From assembly GCA_965649765.1 (NCBI GenBank), contig OZ287758.1, positions 19,034,001 to 19,098,000 of the forward strand: a stretch of DNA of 64,000 nucleotides, in the 5' to 3' direction. Shown in pieces: positions 12,311 through 25,400 of this stretch. Made by a program: the position numbers and the translations under genes. The DNA comes from Bispira polyomma. Taxonomy: Eukaryota. The number at the start of each line of letters is the position of its first letter. Position 1 is the first letter of the stretch. The notes beneath the pieces are model-generated. The model had not been told where the DNA came from. It did not search any database and was given only the letters and a program-made list of their open reading frames with translations.

Positions 12311-13606
12311 TTATTGTATCCACCGAAAAACTTTGGTGGATACTATAGATTTATCTTTGTCACACTGCCGACGCATCAGTGTGTGCAGAAATTTTACCAT
12401 TACCGCTCTCTTGGGAGAACTTTCACACCTACGCTCATGAAAATTACAGAAAATGTTTTCTTTTACAAAAGCTTGCCTGGGAGTAATTTTGGCCTCATTT
12501 TGAAAAACAAAATGGCCGCTACAGGCGTTTCTTTGAAAATAATCAGGGTTATAACTGTGTCTGTTTCTCAGCTGCAGAAGGTTGAATCTCTTTACGGGTG
12601 ACATATTTAATAGATATATATGTTCTGTATAAGCATACATACATTTGACCTCTAATCTTCCAATTCAATCTTTCCCAAAGTGCCCATATCTCGCTTAATA
12701 TTGGTCCTAGAGGTTTGGGATCTGAAACTAACCTATAGGAAATCATGGGCAGGGAATCTTTTGATGTGCTCAGATTTGACCTTGGCCTCTCTTTCAAGGT
12801 CAAACGGGGATGGCCAAACCTAAAAGTGCCTGCATCGCGCTTATTTTTGGTTAAACAGGTTTTGGATGTGAAACCAACCTATAAGAGATCATGGCCTAGG
12901 AATCTTTTGATATGGTCCAATTTGACCTTGGACCCCTCTTTCAAGGTCAAATGCAGATGGCTAAACTTAAAAGTCCCTATATCTCGTTTATCATTGGTCC
13001 TAGAGGTTTAGAATATGAAACCAACCTGTAGGAAATGAAGGCCTGGGAGTCTTTTGATGTGGTCTGATTTGACCTTGGGGCCCTTGTTGAAGGTCAAATG
13101 CGACGGTTAAACTTAAAAGTGCCTATATCTCACTTATTATTGGTCCCAGAGGTTTTGAGTGCCAAGCCAACCTATAGAAAACCATGGGCTGGGAATCTTT
13201 TGATGTGCTGAGATTTGACCTTGGGACCCTCGTTCAAGGTGAAATGCGAATGGCCAAACTTATAAGTGCCTATATATCTCTTATTATTGGTCCTAGAGGT
13301 TTGGAATATCAAACCAACTTGTAGGAAATCAAGGCCTGGGAATCTTTTGATGTGGACCAATTTGACTTTTGGCCTCTTGTTCAAGGTCAAACGAGTAGGC
13401 CAAACTTTAAAGTGCCTATCTCACACTTATTATTGGTCCCACATGTTTGCAATGTGAAACCCACTTGTGCGATTTAAGGCTTTAGCATAAATGCCCTATA
13501 GGAAATCATAGGCTTCTAGCTTGGGTGCTAACTCGGGTGCTTGTTACCTAGGGTGCTTTGTCTTTCTGTTGGATACAAATATGCATCGGTTCTCCAATGC
13601 ACTAGA
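12311..13606 (+). mobile_element. HINE/Helentron-derived element 2 with 146-147 bp satellite core
   Basis: 5' hairpin GTATCCACC..GGTGGATAC, 3' sub-terminal TGGATACAA, 3' hairpin TGCATCGG..CCAATGCA followed by CTAG. Units start at 12677, 12823, 12970, 13116, 13263 and 13409. Confidence 0.8.
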
Positions 13607-14414
13607 TTTTGTGTATTTTAATGAGGTTGCGATATTCCCTTTATATTATTGTTGTGATCACTTTTATGTGATGGGTCTTTTTAAAATTACTTCATCATTT
13701 AAAAATTGCTACACTTTTAACCCAACTTGTACATACATACTTAACTAACATGTATATTAATAATAAATACCTCAAACTTTAGTTTCACTGTCTTCTACTT
13801 ACATACACCAACTTACTGCCTTGATGTTTAATCTGACCTTCATATCTTTACCAGGGAGAACTGTGTTTACTATTGACCCATGATTATGCAAACCTCTTAC
13901 TAAGTATGACATACTTATTTGACAAGTATTTAACCTATTTATCCTTATCTGGAGGCTACAATGAAGATACACTTGTGTAGCTAAAAACTAATAAATTACA
14001 CACTTCAACATTGCACCTATTTTATTTGATAAGTGCCTGTTATCCTTAGTGACCATGTAAGTGCAAGTCATCAAGAGCAAGATAAATTCAAACAACACAC
14101 AGTCACAGTAATAGCCAAGAAAAAAATATTTAAATTAAATATTTGTCAGCGATAATGATACACATTTTGTGCGCTGGAGATGCCTTGTACTAATGAATAT
14201 TAGATCCTAAACTACAGGTCACTACTGTTATTATAGATAATAACTGGAGTGATTTAATAAAAGCATATTGGTTTATGGAAATAAATCTTGTTTATACGTT
14301 TATCAGTATGTATATTATGATACCATACGTTTAAGCAAGCTCAGTGATCTAAATTAAGTCAGATTGTATCATACAAATATTAGGTTGGATAGTTAGTGTT
14401 AACTTGTCAGTAGA

Positions 14415-14595
14415 ATGCCATCAGGGAGCAATAAACCCCCTGAGAAGGGAGGCTGCAGTGGGTTGAGTGGAGATGTGATCGAAGAGGACAGTGAGCTAAC
14501 ATGTGGCTACTGTTGGTGGAGGCCAGACTGGATCCAGATGTGTAACACACCTAGATTTCTACTGGCCTGTGTTAGCTGGTTTACATTCACACAAG
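14415..14595 (+). CDS. OATP exon 1
   Basis: ATG..CGYCWWRPDWIQMCNTPRFLL..FTQ G|gtttgt. Confidence 0.8.
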
Positions 14596-17500
14596 GTTTG
14601 TATACCCTATACTTATGACTGGATTCAGATGTGTAACACACCTAGATTTCTACTGGCCTGTGTTAGCTGCTTTGCATTTAAACAAGGTTTGTATACCCTA
14701 TACTTATGACTGGATGCAGATGTGTAACACACCTAGATTTCTACTGGACTGTGTCTGCTGATTTGCATTTGATCAAGGTTTGTTTTCCATATACTTTCAC
14801 GCAAGTTAATCAATACATTTATTCACCTCGCCCTTTGGGAGAGGGTATTGCTTTCGGTCTGTGTGTGAGTACAAACCATTATTACACAAAATCTACCATA
14901 TTAAATGCATTAAATTTACAAATATGTTTCAAAATGAGGACCTCTACATTTTCCAAATTTCATATAAATCGGTTGCGAACTGAGATTTCCTTTTTTATAA
15001 ACAAAACTACCACTGAAGATCTGTTTACTTTTGTGCCATAAAAAAGAAACAAAGACAGCAAAACCGAAGCTACACCCAATCCGAGATTGGTGATTATACA
15101 AAATATGATGAAGTCCAGTGGCGAAGCCACCATTAACGCCAGTACGCCCAGGCGTACCAAATTAATGATCAGAAAAAAAATTTAATAACATGAATTTTTA
15201 TAGTTCTAGATCAAATAGATTAAAGGTACTAAACCAAATAGAATAAAAAAGACTAATGACACAGACGAAATACATTTCTCCCCCCCACCCCCCCAATATA
15301 AATATATTTCTCTTATACATGGGGACTGATACAAGTTTTTTTTTACAAGTTTACAAGAAAAATTAAGGAATTAATTGATGTAGAAATACAATGTTTTATG
15401 TTGAAAAAGCTAGCACACTTTTTTTAAACTTCTGGGATTCTCGTGTCTGGTATTGCATCATAGATGATCCAATAGAAAGTAGGTAAAATCACAAGGAACC
15501 ATTTTGAAATGGTTAGTACTAAATCCCGGAACAAGAATAGACTCGCGAAAGTGTATGGACTTACATAACGTGCCCCTTCGACCTACATTTTTAAAGGCAA
15601 TTCTTGAATTTCTGTATTTCTTTTGAAAGTGTTCCAATACATTGCAACAAATTTATTGTGACAGGTTGTAATGTGTTGATTGAATTTGCCTGGGGCCATA
15701 TTCGTAAAAGATCTTTGACTTGAGCTTAAATTTTTTATTTGATTTTAGCCGAAAATGTTCAGATTTAGGTCTTAGTCCCAGTGACATTAAGTGGTAACTT
15801 TTCTCTAAACACTAAGACTAACAGTTCGCAGTCTTACATGTTTAGACATAAAATGTTAAGCTTAAGAAACATCATGGTGATGATATAACGGAGCCCAATA
15901 AACATAGCACTTTATCTTTGTAATTGTAGTGCATGCTTTAAACTTTAAAAATATTCAATTATTATCGACTCGACTTATTATGCTCATTTAAAAGGACTGA
16001 ATGATAGAAACTGCTATAGAAAAGTTTATTTAACAATGCCATGAAATTTTGATGTATTCAGTTTAGTTGATATCAGATTAATTGACTATAATTACCGTGA
16101 CATTTATATCATGTAATACTACCATGAAATTTTCCCTACTGGCATGAAATGTTGTGGATAGGGTTTCATCATCCAAGTGTGTAAGCATTCCCATTATTCC
16201 AAACAATAGGAAGTGGTATCCATGTGTCATCATTGTATAGTTGCTCAACATCCTTTTCATCCAAGGCGTTGCGAAAATGTCACATACTTGCAAAATCCAT
16301 GGTTACTAACTTTAATTCCGCAGGTGCTGTAGAGCATTTGATAACTTTATCTATAAAACTCTTCATGAATTCATAATATTTGAAAATTCACAGTTATTCG
16401 CATTCTTGACATAATGTTGAGGTTAATGTAAAAAAATGTTCCAACAAATGCTCAAGGATAGAAAGAACAAATGCCACAATTTAACCCAAACTTACACAAA
16501 TCAACACAAAAATACTTCGGTCGAAAAGTTGTTGATTTATCAAAGTGAGATGGGAGCACTATATGGCTATATATATCATAAACTGTGTAGATAATGTATG
16601 TTCAGTAACTACTTTCAGGTTTTGTAGTAAATGGTATAGTATATACAAACTTCACCTCGTGGGAGAGAAGATATGGGTTTTCATCAACTCAGCTGGCCTG
16701 GGTGGCAAGTTCTTATGATCTAGCCGCAGGTAATGAATTATGTCACATTATGCATATATAGCCAATTGAATATGTGTTAAACCTTAGAATTTATAAAAAG
16801 TATTCGATATTCACTACCGATATAAGCAATCTAACTAACTCTGAGAAGTGTTGACAGTGATCATAGTTAGACATGCAGCACTATCAAACTATTTACACCA
16901 CATTTATCTATTTCCAGCACTGTTCACCATCACATTTGGTTATATAGGACAATGGATGCACAATGGAAAAATTCTGTGTATTGCAGCCTACTTCATGAGT
17001 ATTGGGTCTTTTATAATGTCATTGCCACATTTTATTTCTGGTGAATACATACTTGGGCCTAGACCTGTCGAAATTTGTGACCTCCATGGTAAGATGTACA
17101 GTCTTATTGATCGATTAAAGATTCTTTGTATACTGTGAGACTATCCTAATCCAATAACTAGGAAGTCATTATCAGATTATTAGAAAACGAATGCTCTACA
17201 CATATTATGTATACATAAAATAATTGTTTTGGGACATTAAAATGTTCCAATCCTTCTTTTAGATAACCAGACTGAGGTCCCATGTGGAGAATCAGACAAT
17301 ACTTACTACAGCTTCTTTATTATCGCCCAGTGTTTTCATGGTATTGGTGGGGCAGCTGTATACACACTGGCAATTCCTTATATGGATGATCAGGTCAAGA
17401 CCAAAAATACACCACTCTACATAGGTATGAAATATATTAGATGAATTTTATTTCATCCAATAAAATAATGCTTAAATCCCTGCATATGCTCAAACATATT

Positions 17501-20500
17501 TTTACGCAAGTAATAAAGTTTATAAAACTTTAAACACAGGTTATATCAAACGTTTCTGTACAGACCATGTTCTGACGTCCATTGCACGAGGCTTGTATTG
17601 TTTCTTTCAGGCATAATGCAAGGCTTTGCTGCCCTTGGTCCTGCTTTGGGATTTATACTGGGAGGTCTTTTCATAAACATCTATGTTGATATCAACAAAG
17701 ACATACAGTTGGTATTATAGATTACTTGCATTCCTGACAGGATAAACATTCATTCATTTAATACATTATTAGGGAAAAAATACATCTTATTCCATTGAAG
17801 AATATGATACTTTGATGGCAAAATAAAAGAATGTACATCTCCATTATGATTGCCTAATTTATGACAGCACTAGTTCTTGTTAAAACAAATATTGAGAAAT
17901 AGATATATTGTAGAGTGATCTCTGTGTTTTTTCTTAGGGTGGATATAACTCCATCAGACCCCCGCTGGGTGGGTGCCTGGTGGATTGGACTACTGTACTC
18001 TGGATTTGCTGCTCTTACTGTGGGATTTCTCATTGGATGTTTTCCCAAAGAATTGCCAAGTATGAGAACAAAATTTAAATAGTGTCTAAACCGAATAAAC
18101 TTAAATATGATTACAAGGACCAGCGATTTAAAATAAATATGGGGGTTACCCCGTCACCCATTCACACACGCACCACGTGAATAATATTTAAAAGTATATT
18201 CTGAAAGTCAGTTTAAAATAAGTATCAGTTAAATAAATTCCAACATTTTCACAACAGTCTCCAATACTACTAGCAGATGAAAAAATTGTCTTTAGTGATA
18301 TAAGACACTTATATCAGAAAATGTTTTACTTAATTATCAAAACACTGATAAATATGAGTTTATTGTTCAGCTGCCAGAAAATATTGTGCAGAAAGAAAAT
18401 CTGAGGCATACAAGAATAGCAGTCTCAGTGCCATGGAAAGGGCAGATTACGGAAAATCCCTCAGTGATATGCTGAATATACTGAAAGACACATTCACCAA
18501 TGTACCCTGGATTATGCTAACGATTGCAGGAACTCTTGAAAGCGGAGTAATAATAGGATTTGCCACATTTTTACCCAAAATCATGCAGTTCCAGTTTGCA
18601 CAGCCTCCAGCAAGAGCCGCTGCCTTTGCTGGTAAGTTATTTAATTAGTTAAACAAAAATACATCATGCTTTTCAAAACTACTATGCAATATTTGTTTGA
18701 TTTATTTAATTGTTAGTGCTAATAATCATGTATAAATTTAAGTATAACACTGGTACCTGCGCTTGTAAGATAGTTAGCTATTCAATAACAATTTCAATAG
18801 TGATCCCTTCTCATATTGTGTCATATATGTTGCTATTGTTCATGATATTTGTTCATCAACCTGTCTCAACTCAGTGTTTTGAAGCAATGCAGATATCAAA
18901 TGTTAATGACAAAAATTTGATATCAGAAGTCAATTGAACTCTTTTTTTCCTGTGAGACTCATTGGCAACTCATTGGTTGACGAAGTTAAAGAACATTAAA
19001 ATATATTGTGATTTTAACCAGTGCTGTGTAAGGTATGTTACTACATTCACTGCTGCTTTGGTCAGTAGTATTTTAGACAACTGCAACTTTAGCCGTTTGG
19101 AAGTAGCAGACAATGTGACATTATAATATGTTCTGTACTGTACTATGAATCAGTTTCATTGTAGTTTGTACATCTCTCACATCTTCACGATTATATTTGA
19201 AGACAGTTGTACAGACACTTTTTTCAAATATAACATTATTAAGAAAACCAGCTGATCAGATATCAAACAGGTGGAACCACATTAAAAAGTGAACTCAACC
19301 CTAATCTTTTCAGCCTTATGATCCGGTCACACATACACGTAGCATCATATCCTAACGTCTATGATTAAGTTTGAACTTAGTAGGAATCTTAGTCAAATTT
19401 GTCACACTACGTCAATGATATATAACAAAAACATTACTTCACAGTAACCGGCTGATATGACCCGACATTTATACAGTGTTTCCAGGTACAATAACGGTTT
19501 GTCATGGCTAAGGTTATCTAAGGTACTGTAAACAGTAGAGTTGCGACAGTAAGGTTATTCCTCTGCAATGGGAGGTGGTAGAAGGTTGGTCTACGGCTGG
19601 GGGCATTGCTGTAACCGGTATACAATGTGTGCAGTTTCGAACATAGACTCATTTCAGTCGTCAATGTGTTTACATCAGACATATATAACAATGAATAGAC
19701 AGACTGCTCTTCATATTGCATTGCTGCAGAGCTTCATTCAGTTGAATTATATAAGCCAGAGAAACAATGTAGCTATCTACAATTAATTGAGAAGGAGGCA
19801 TGATAGAAGACAGAGAAGGAGAGCCAAATTTTGGCCAGTATGAAAACATCATGCAGGAGCTGGAGCTTAAAGACATGGGGTGCCTTTTAAAACTTTATTC
19901 ATATGAAGCCTGAGCTGTTTACAGAGCTGATAGAGAATAAAAGTACCTTTTACCACCAACCACGCTCTGTCACTTAGCCTCCATGGACTCATACAGAAGC
20001 TTGAGATTAGCTTTAGAATTGCTCATAACACCATCTCCACTGTCATCTGTGAGGTCTGTAAAGTCATCATTGAGGCCTACCAAGAAGAAGTGTTGCTATA
20101 CCCAAGCACACCCGCTGGATGGAAAGAGAAGGAAGAACTGTTTGGCAGTCGATAAAATTTCCACCATGTCATTGGAGCCCAAGATAGAAAGCATGTGGCC
20201 ATCAAGTGTTCCCCAAACTCAGGGTATCTCTACTATAATTATAAGGGATTTTTTTCTATTATCCTGCTGCCTCTGATGAACGCCGACTACAACTTTGTGT
20301 GGGTGGATGTTGGCAGTAAAGGTTGTTGCTCAGATGCCCAGGTGTTTAATGACTGTGATCTAAAGGAGGTCATACAAGATGGTACCCTTGGTTTCCCAGC
20401 TGCTGGTTAATTACCAGATGATTTCAAGGACATACTATATATCCTGGTTTCCTGACAATGCCTTCGGGTTGAATATTTGGTTGATGAAGCCATGCTTGGC

Positions 20501-22388
20501 CAGACATGTCACAGATGCAGAAAGCATATTTAACTATAGACTATCCAGGGCAAAGCGTATTGTTCAAAATGCTTTTAGGATTTTGTCAAAAAGATTTCGG
20601 TGCATCTTAACCAGAATGCAACAAGTTTTACAGACTGTCACCTCCATTGTTCTTGATTGTGTTGTATTACATCACAAAATTCAGAAGAGGTACCATACAG
20701 TCCGCAAAGGCCTCCGGGATAATACTGAGGACAACAGACACGTTGTTTTCCTTGAGCCTATACTCAAGGCAGGCTTACAGAATGCGCCAGGGGACAATTT
20801 TGCAAGCAGGGCTGGCAAGCCACAAAGGCTGTACCTGAATGACTATTACAACTCACCACAAAGAGCTGTATCCTGGTAGGACACAAGGATATAAACTTAC
20901 ACACTTGTTTACTCGGTTACATCTTTGTTATTATTATGGAGGCTGTACCTGAATGACTACTACAACTCACCACAAGGGGCTGTACTGTGGCAAGAGACAA
21001 GGATATAGACTTACACACTTGTTTACTTGGTTACATCTTTGTTATTATTATGGAGGCTGTACCCGAAGGACTACTACAACTTACCACAATGAGCTGTACC
21101 CTGGCAGGAGACAAGGATATAGACTTACACACTTGTTTACTTGGTTACATCTTTGTTATTATTATGGTGAAGAAATGGTAATTTCTTATAGCAGGTTGTT
21201 ATTATTCGGTTATTAACATAAATAATATTGTTAAGGTATTGTCATTCCACATGAAAAGGGCATGCATCACAATCAGCAACCAAAGTACAAACAGAAATTA
21301 AACACAAGGTCCAAGCAAACTCAAGGTACAAGCACAGCAAAAACTCAAGGTAAAAATAATCTCAAGGCACAAACACAAACTCAAGGTACAAACACAACAC
21401 AAGCTCAAGGTACAAACACAACACAAACTTAAGGTACAAACACAAACTCAAACACAAGGTCAAAACAAAACCAAGTTACTTGACCTTTAAGTTTAAACTA
21501 AGCATGTATACATGTCAGTGAAAAGGCATCACTGATAGGATGTATACACATGTATACATTCTTAGATAGATAGCCAAATCCTCTAAGACGTATAGACTGT
21601 CACATTTTTATTTTGTTTGTTGACCATTGCTATATCCAGGAATTCTGATATTGGATGCTTTAGACGACAACATTTACAATAACAACAGAAATTCATGCAA
21701 TAACTTTCTATTTTTAATTTTAAACAAAAGCCTCTAAAAAAACAATCCAAAATATACAAAAATAGCAACTCATAATACTTTTACATATTTATACTCATAA
21801 TATAAATAAGTAACCTCAGTCCTTATAGTCCTGGTATGTGACTTGTGGGTCATGTCTCCAAAGTCTCCCAGTGAACCTGGGGTCAGTCACATTGATCTCA
21901 TTGCATAAATATTGTCTGTCCCTGTACCAGTCGACACAGATGGGGTTGAAGGTAAGAGTCCAGGCCACAACAACCCACTGGTCCTGGCTTCAGAGATACA
22001 GGCCTGCTAGGTGATGGGGTACACGGCCTGTGGGGATGCATCAGACTGCAGAATATGGACGGAATGCTGGATGCCCTGAGAATTTAGGCTGCTGCACTAA
22101 GATCTGCTGTACTAAGATCTGCTTTTGTGGGGCCTGGTGCTGGGACACAGGCAGGGACTGCAGTGTCATTTGCTGCTGCAGCTGCTTCTCCTGCTTAATT
22201 ATGTTGGCAGACCACTACATAAAATTGTTCACCACTTTGTATACCGACCATATACAATTATACAGTTTGATATACAGATAGTATAAAAATCTTTCCCTAT
22301 ACACAAACCTCTCTATTTTTACACATAATACTATTTACATACATATTTCTCTAACATACTTACCACATACAAATTAAACTTTTAACAA

Positions 22389-22423
<35 letters not shown>

Positions 22424-25400
22424 CTTACATTACAAGACTGCCTGCTGGGCATTCAGGTAATATGTTTAGCAAGAAACTCCAACCTCGTGGAGATGTATTT
22501 ATCCTGGTCTGTCAAGTCCCTGCCCTTTTCCCTTAGAGCCACAGAGGATTTCTTGCTCCGGGTTGCATCAACGCCTTCACCTGCTTTCAATGACATACCA
22601 CCCCTTTACCACCGCTTCTGACTACTTGTCATTGTTTCAATCGGTGGGGATTAAGCCCCCTCACTGGGAATCTACAGGTTGGGACCGCCTCCAACATATA
22701 ACTACCTTAGACTGTAGCTTAACCGTGTGTGTAACTGCTTCTAACCACTTTCACCATCTATCACTGTGCTCCACCGCCATCAAATATTCCACCAACAGTA
22801 ATAGGGGTTAAAAGCAGACACAGACAGTTATAGTTACAGTTGAGCAAAAGTCTGAGGCGGTCAATCAATAGCGACAGGCAACAGACTTTGAACCGTCCCT
22901 GGAGAGCTGAAATTTTGAATATGTTTAAAACAATCAGAGGTGGTTGGACCAGGTATTGGCAGGTTGAGATAGTAGTACTGTAGGTTCCAGGTGATATGTG
23001 TACCATCCGGAACCGCCTTGCCATATACCACCAATGTGAGACCTGGGCTTAAATTACATATTTCCAAGCAATATGGTCGCACAGAGAAGGAATGTATGTA
23101 ATCTTATGCTACCTTCTAGTACCACCTACCATATCAGCAATGTGTGACCAAGGCATTACATGCACACATCTACAAACAAAGTCACTATTAACTAAATAAT
23201 GCTTACTAAAACATGAATTGAAAACTACCGTTAATTTTACTTTGTCAAAATTTTAGTGCATTGCTGGTGTGAGCTTTCAATTTTTAAGCTATTTTTGTGT
23301 CACTTTAGTTTGATGTGGGCCATCATGGATCTCACAGAGACGTTGAATAGTTCCCCTGCAGTTCTATGGCTGCTATTGAATTTACATGTACCTTCCTGAA
23401 AGTACTTACATGCAACACCATCTGTTTTACCTCACTTCAATTCAGTCTTGAAACTCATGTTTTCACTATTGACACTGTAAAATAATTGCAGTATAATCCT
23501 ACCTATGTATATTGTTTTCCCACATTCACATTTAATACACAGAATAAAAACCCCACAAAACCAGATACTGGCCAATTCGCCTTGAGTTGACCTAACATAA
23601 CCCAAAAGTAGAGATTCTGTTTTGGAAAGTCAATTTACTAGTTTGAACCTAACACTCCTTTTGTGCACAGAAACTTCACTATGTATTATTTGGACATTGT
23701 GTAAAGGGGCGAATAGACATGGCTTTTGCTTTCAAATCTGTCATCTGACGTCTGTTTCCAAATTTGCAGATACACTTCATCCGAAAAAAACTGACCGATT
23801 TACACATCCATAACATGGGAAACAATACTGATTAATACAGAAAAAAAACGTCACCAACGTCACAAAACAATGAAATTTACTTCAGATTCACGCCTGTCAT
23901 CCGAAAAAAAATCGGTCTTTTGGCCAGGTGTATTTTAGTTCTCTATTTTATTTGATTTAATTGTTTTCAATGGCGGAAAACGACATTTGATGATGGATTC
24001 GGAAATAAAATCGGCCATGTCTATTTGCCCTTTAAGTGTGTTGTCATTTGAAGTTTCTGTGGTCAGTGTTAGTTTGGGATTGTGAGAGCACAGATGTGTT
24101 AGAGGAACAAATGGGCCCAAGTCTTAAGATATTGAAAAAAGTGTTGATATGTACAGGTATGTTGATTAAAATTATTTTTTTATGTTAAAATGTCGTATAA
24201 ATATGATAGTTATGTAATGGATTAATTAAATAGATTACAATTGTCATAGTACGAGTATTTGATTTATTCTTCATTATAAAAACCGGAAGTGCCCATAGAA
24301 TACAAAAACCGCCAGTGCGCAATTCGTAGCCATACTTTATCTGGGAGAATAATGTACGGCTAAATAGTTTTGTCAGTAACTACAAAAACAGTTCACAATA
24401 GCTTGCAAAATATGTTATTATTTGCTTTAAATATACTATTGTCAGTCTTTATAATAGAAATAAAGTACTCAGGCTTGTACTTTATTGGCGAATATCGGCC
24501 CTCGTCCATTATTCCTCCGAAAGCCAGTCCTTTATTCGCCAATAAAGTATGCACCCTTGAAATTTATTTCTACATTAAACATGTATGTTAATGTTGATTT
24601 ATAAGGTATTGATATAGTAAACATTTAAGTATAAATGAGCGTGAAATATTGATTAATTTAAGCTTAAATATCTTAGTTGAAATGCAAAACACAATGATAC
24701 TTTTAGTAGTTAATGTTTAGATTAATGTTGTAGAGTTTTGAGTCGAGGATGGTTAAAGTGAAGGCGTTAGAACTCGTGCCAATATGAGTTTTGGACAATG
24801 AGACTTTGTATTAGTGTTGATTTATTGTATTTCATGAAAGTTAATATATGTATTGTACAAGTTTATGAATTTGTTTTACTCAAATTTGTTCTGTGAGAAA
24901 TAAATATCCGGAAATTAACAGACACCAGTACTACTAACTCATTGGAATTATGGTATTGGGCAAGTGCCCGTTGTATTCTGTCAACTTTCTCCATGTCAGT
25001 CCATCTGAGTTTGTCTAACTCCATGTTGGTTAAGAGTATGGCAGGCTTTTGCATCATCACACAAAAAATCGTGAGCATCGTCCATAAGGTTAGCCAGATA
25101 ATCTGGTATAACCTCACAAACGTCACTGATGTGTCGTCATAAATGGCGGAACTTTTTACTGATGCCCCCATATGGGATTTTCATTTACATTCTCTGCTGA
25201 TCTCATTTAACTGTTTTAAGTGTATCAAACATTGATCAACATGGTTTTGTAAACATTTATTTGAATGTAGGAATTTGAGAAGACGATACAATACCTATAG
25301 TCATTACTATCATCAATATTCTCAGTACCAAAGTTTACGGAGGTGTTATTTGTACATGCCCTTTTTTTGGTGCTGGGTTAACCACACAGCGCCGCCTCTG

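Larger units (their letters stand above)
19319..23155 (+). mobile_element. PIF/Harbinger DNA transposon (degenerate) in OATP intron 7
   Basis: Imperfect 15-bp TIR TGATCCGGTCACACA / TGTGTGACCAAGGCA (11/15) flanked by TTA on both sides. Transposase on +, MADF/Myb-like partner on -. Confidence 0.75.
23280..25330 (-). mobile_element. Old YR (Ngaro-like) gag remnant broken by later insertions
   Basis: Minus strand LKQLNE..KSHMG (about 25170-25225), LTNMELDKLRWTDMEKVDRIQRALAQ (about 24960-25040) and CKYFQEGTCKFNSSH (about 23365-23415) align with gag of elements 2/3. Confidence 0.7.

Noticed and set aside
14818-14980. HINE/DINE-like fragments (also about 38875-39100) and old MITE-like pieces (about 15690-15900, 55900-56114)
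   Set aside because: Only one recognisable end each; boundaries cannot be supported.
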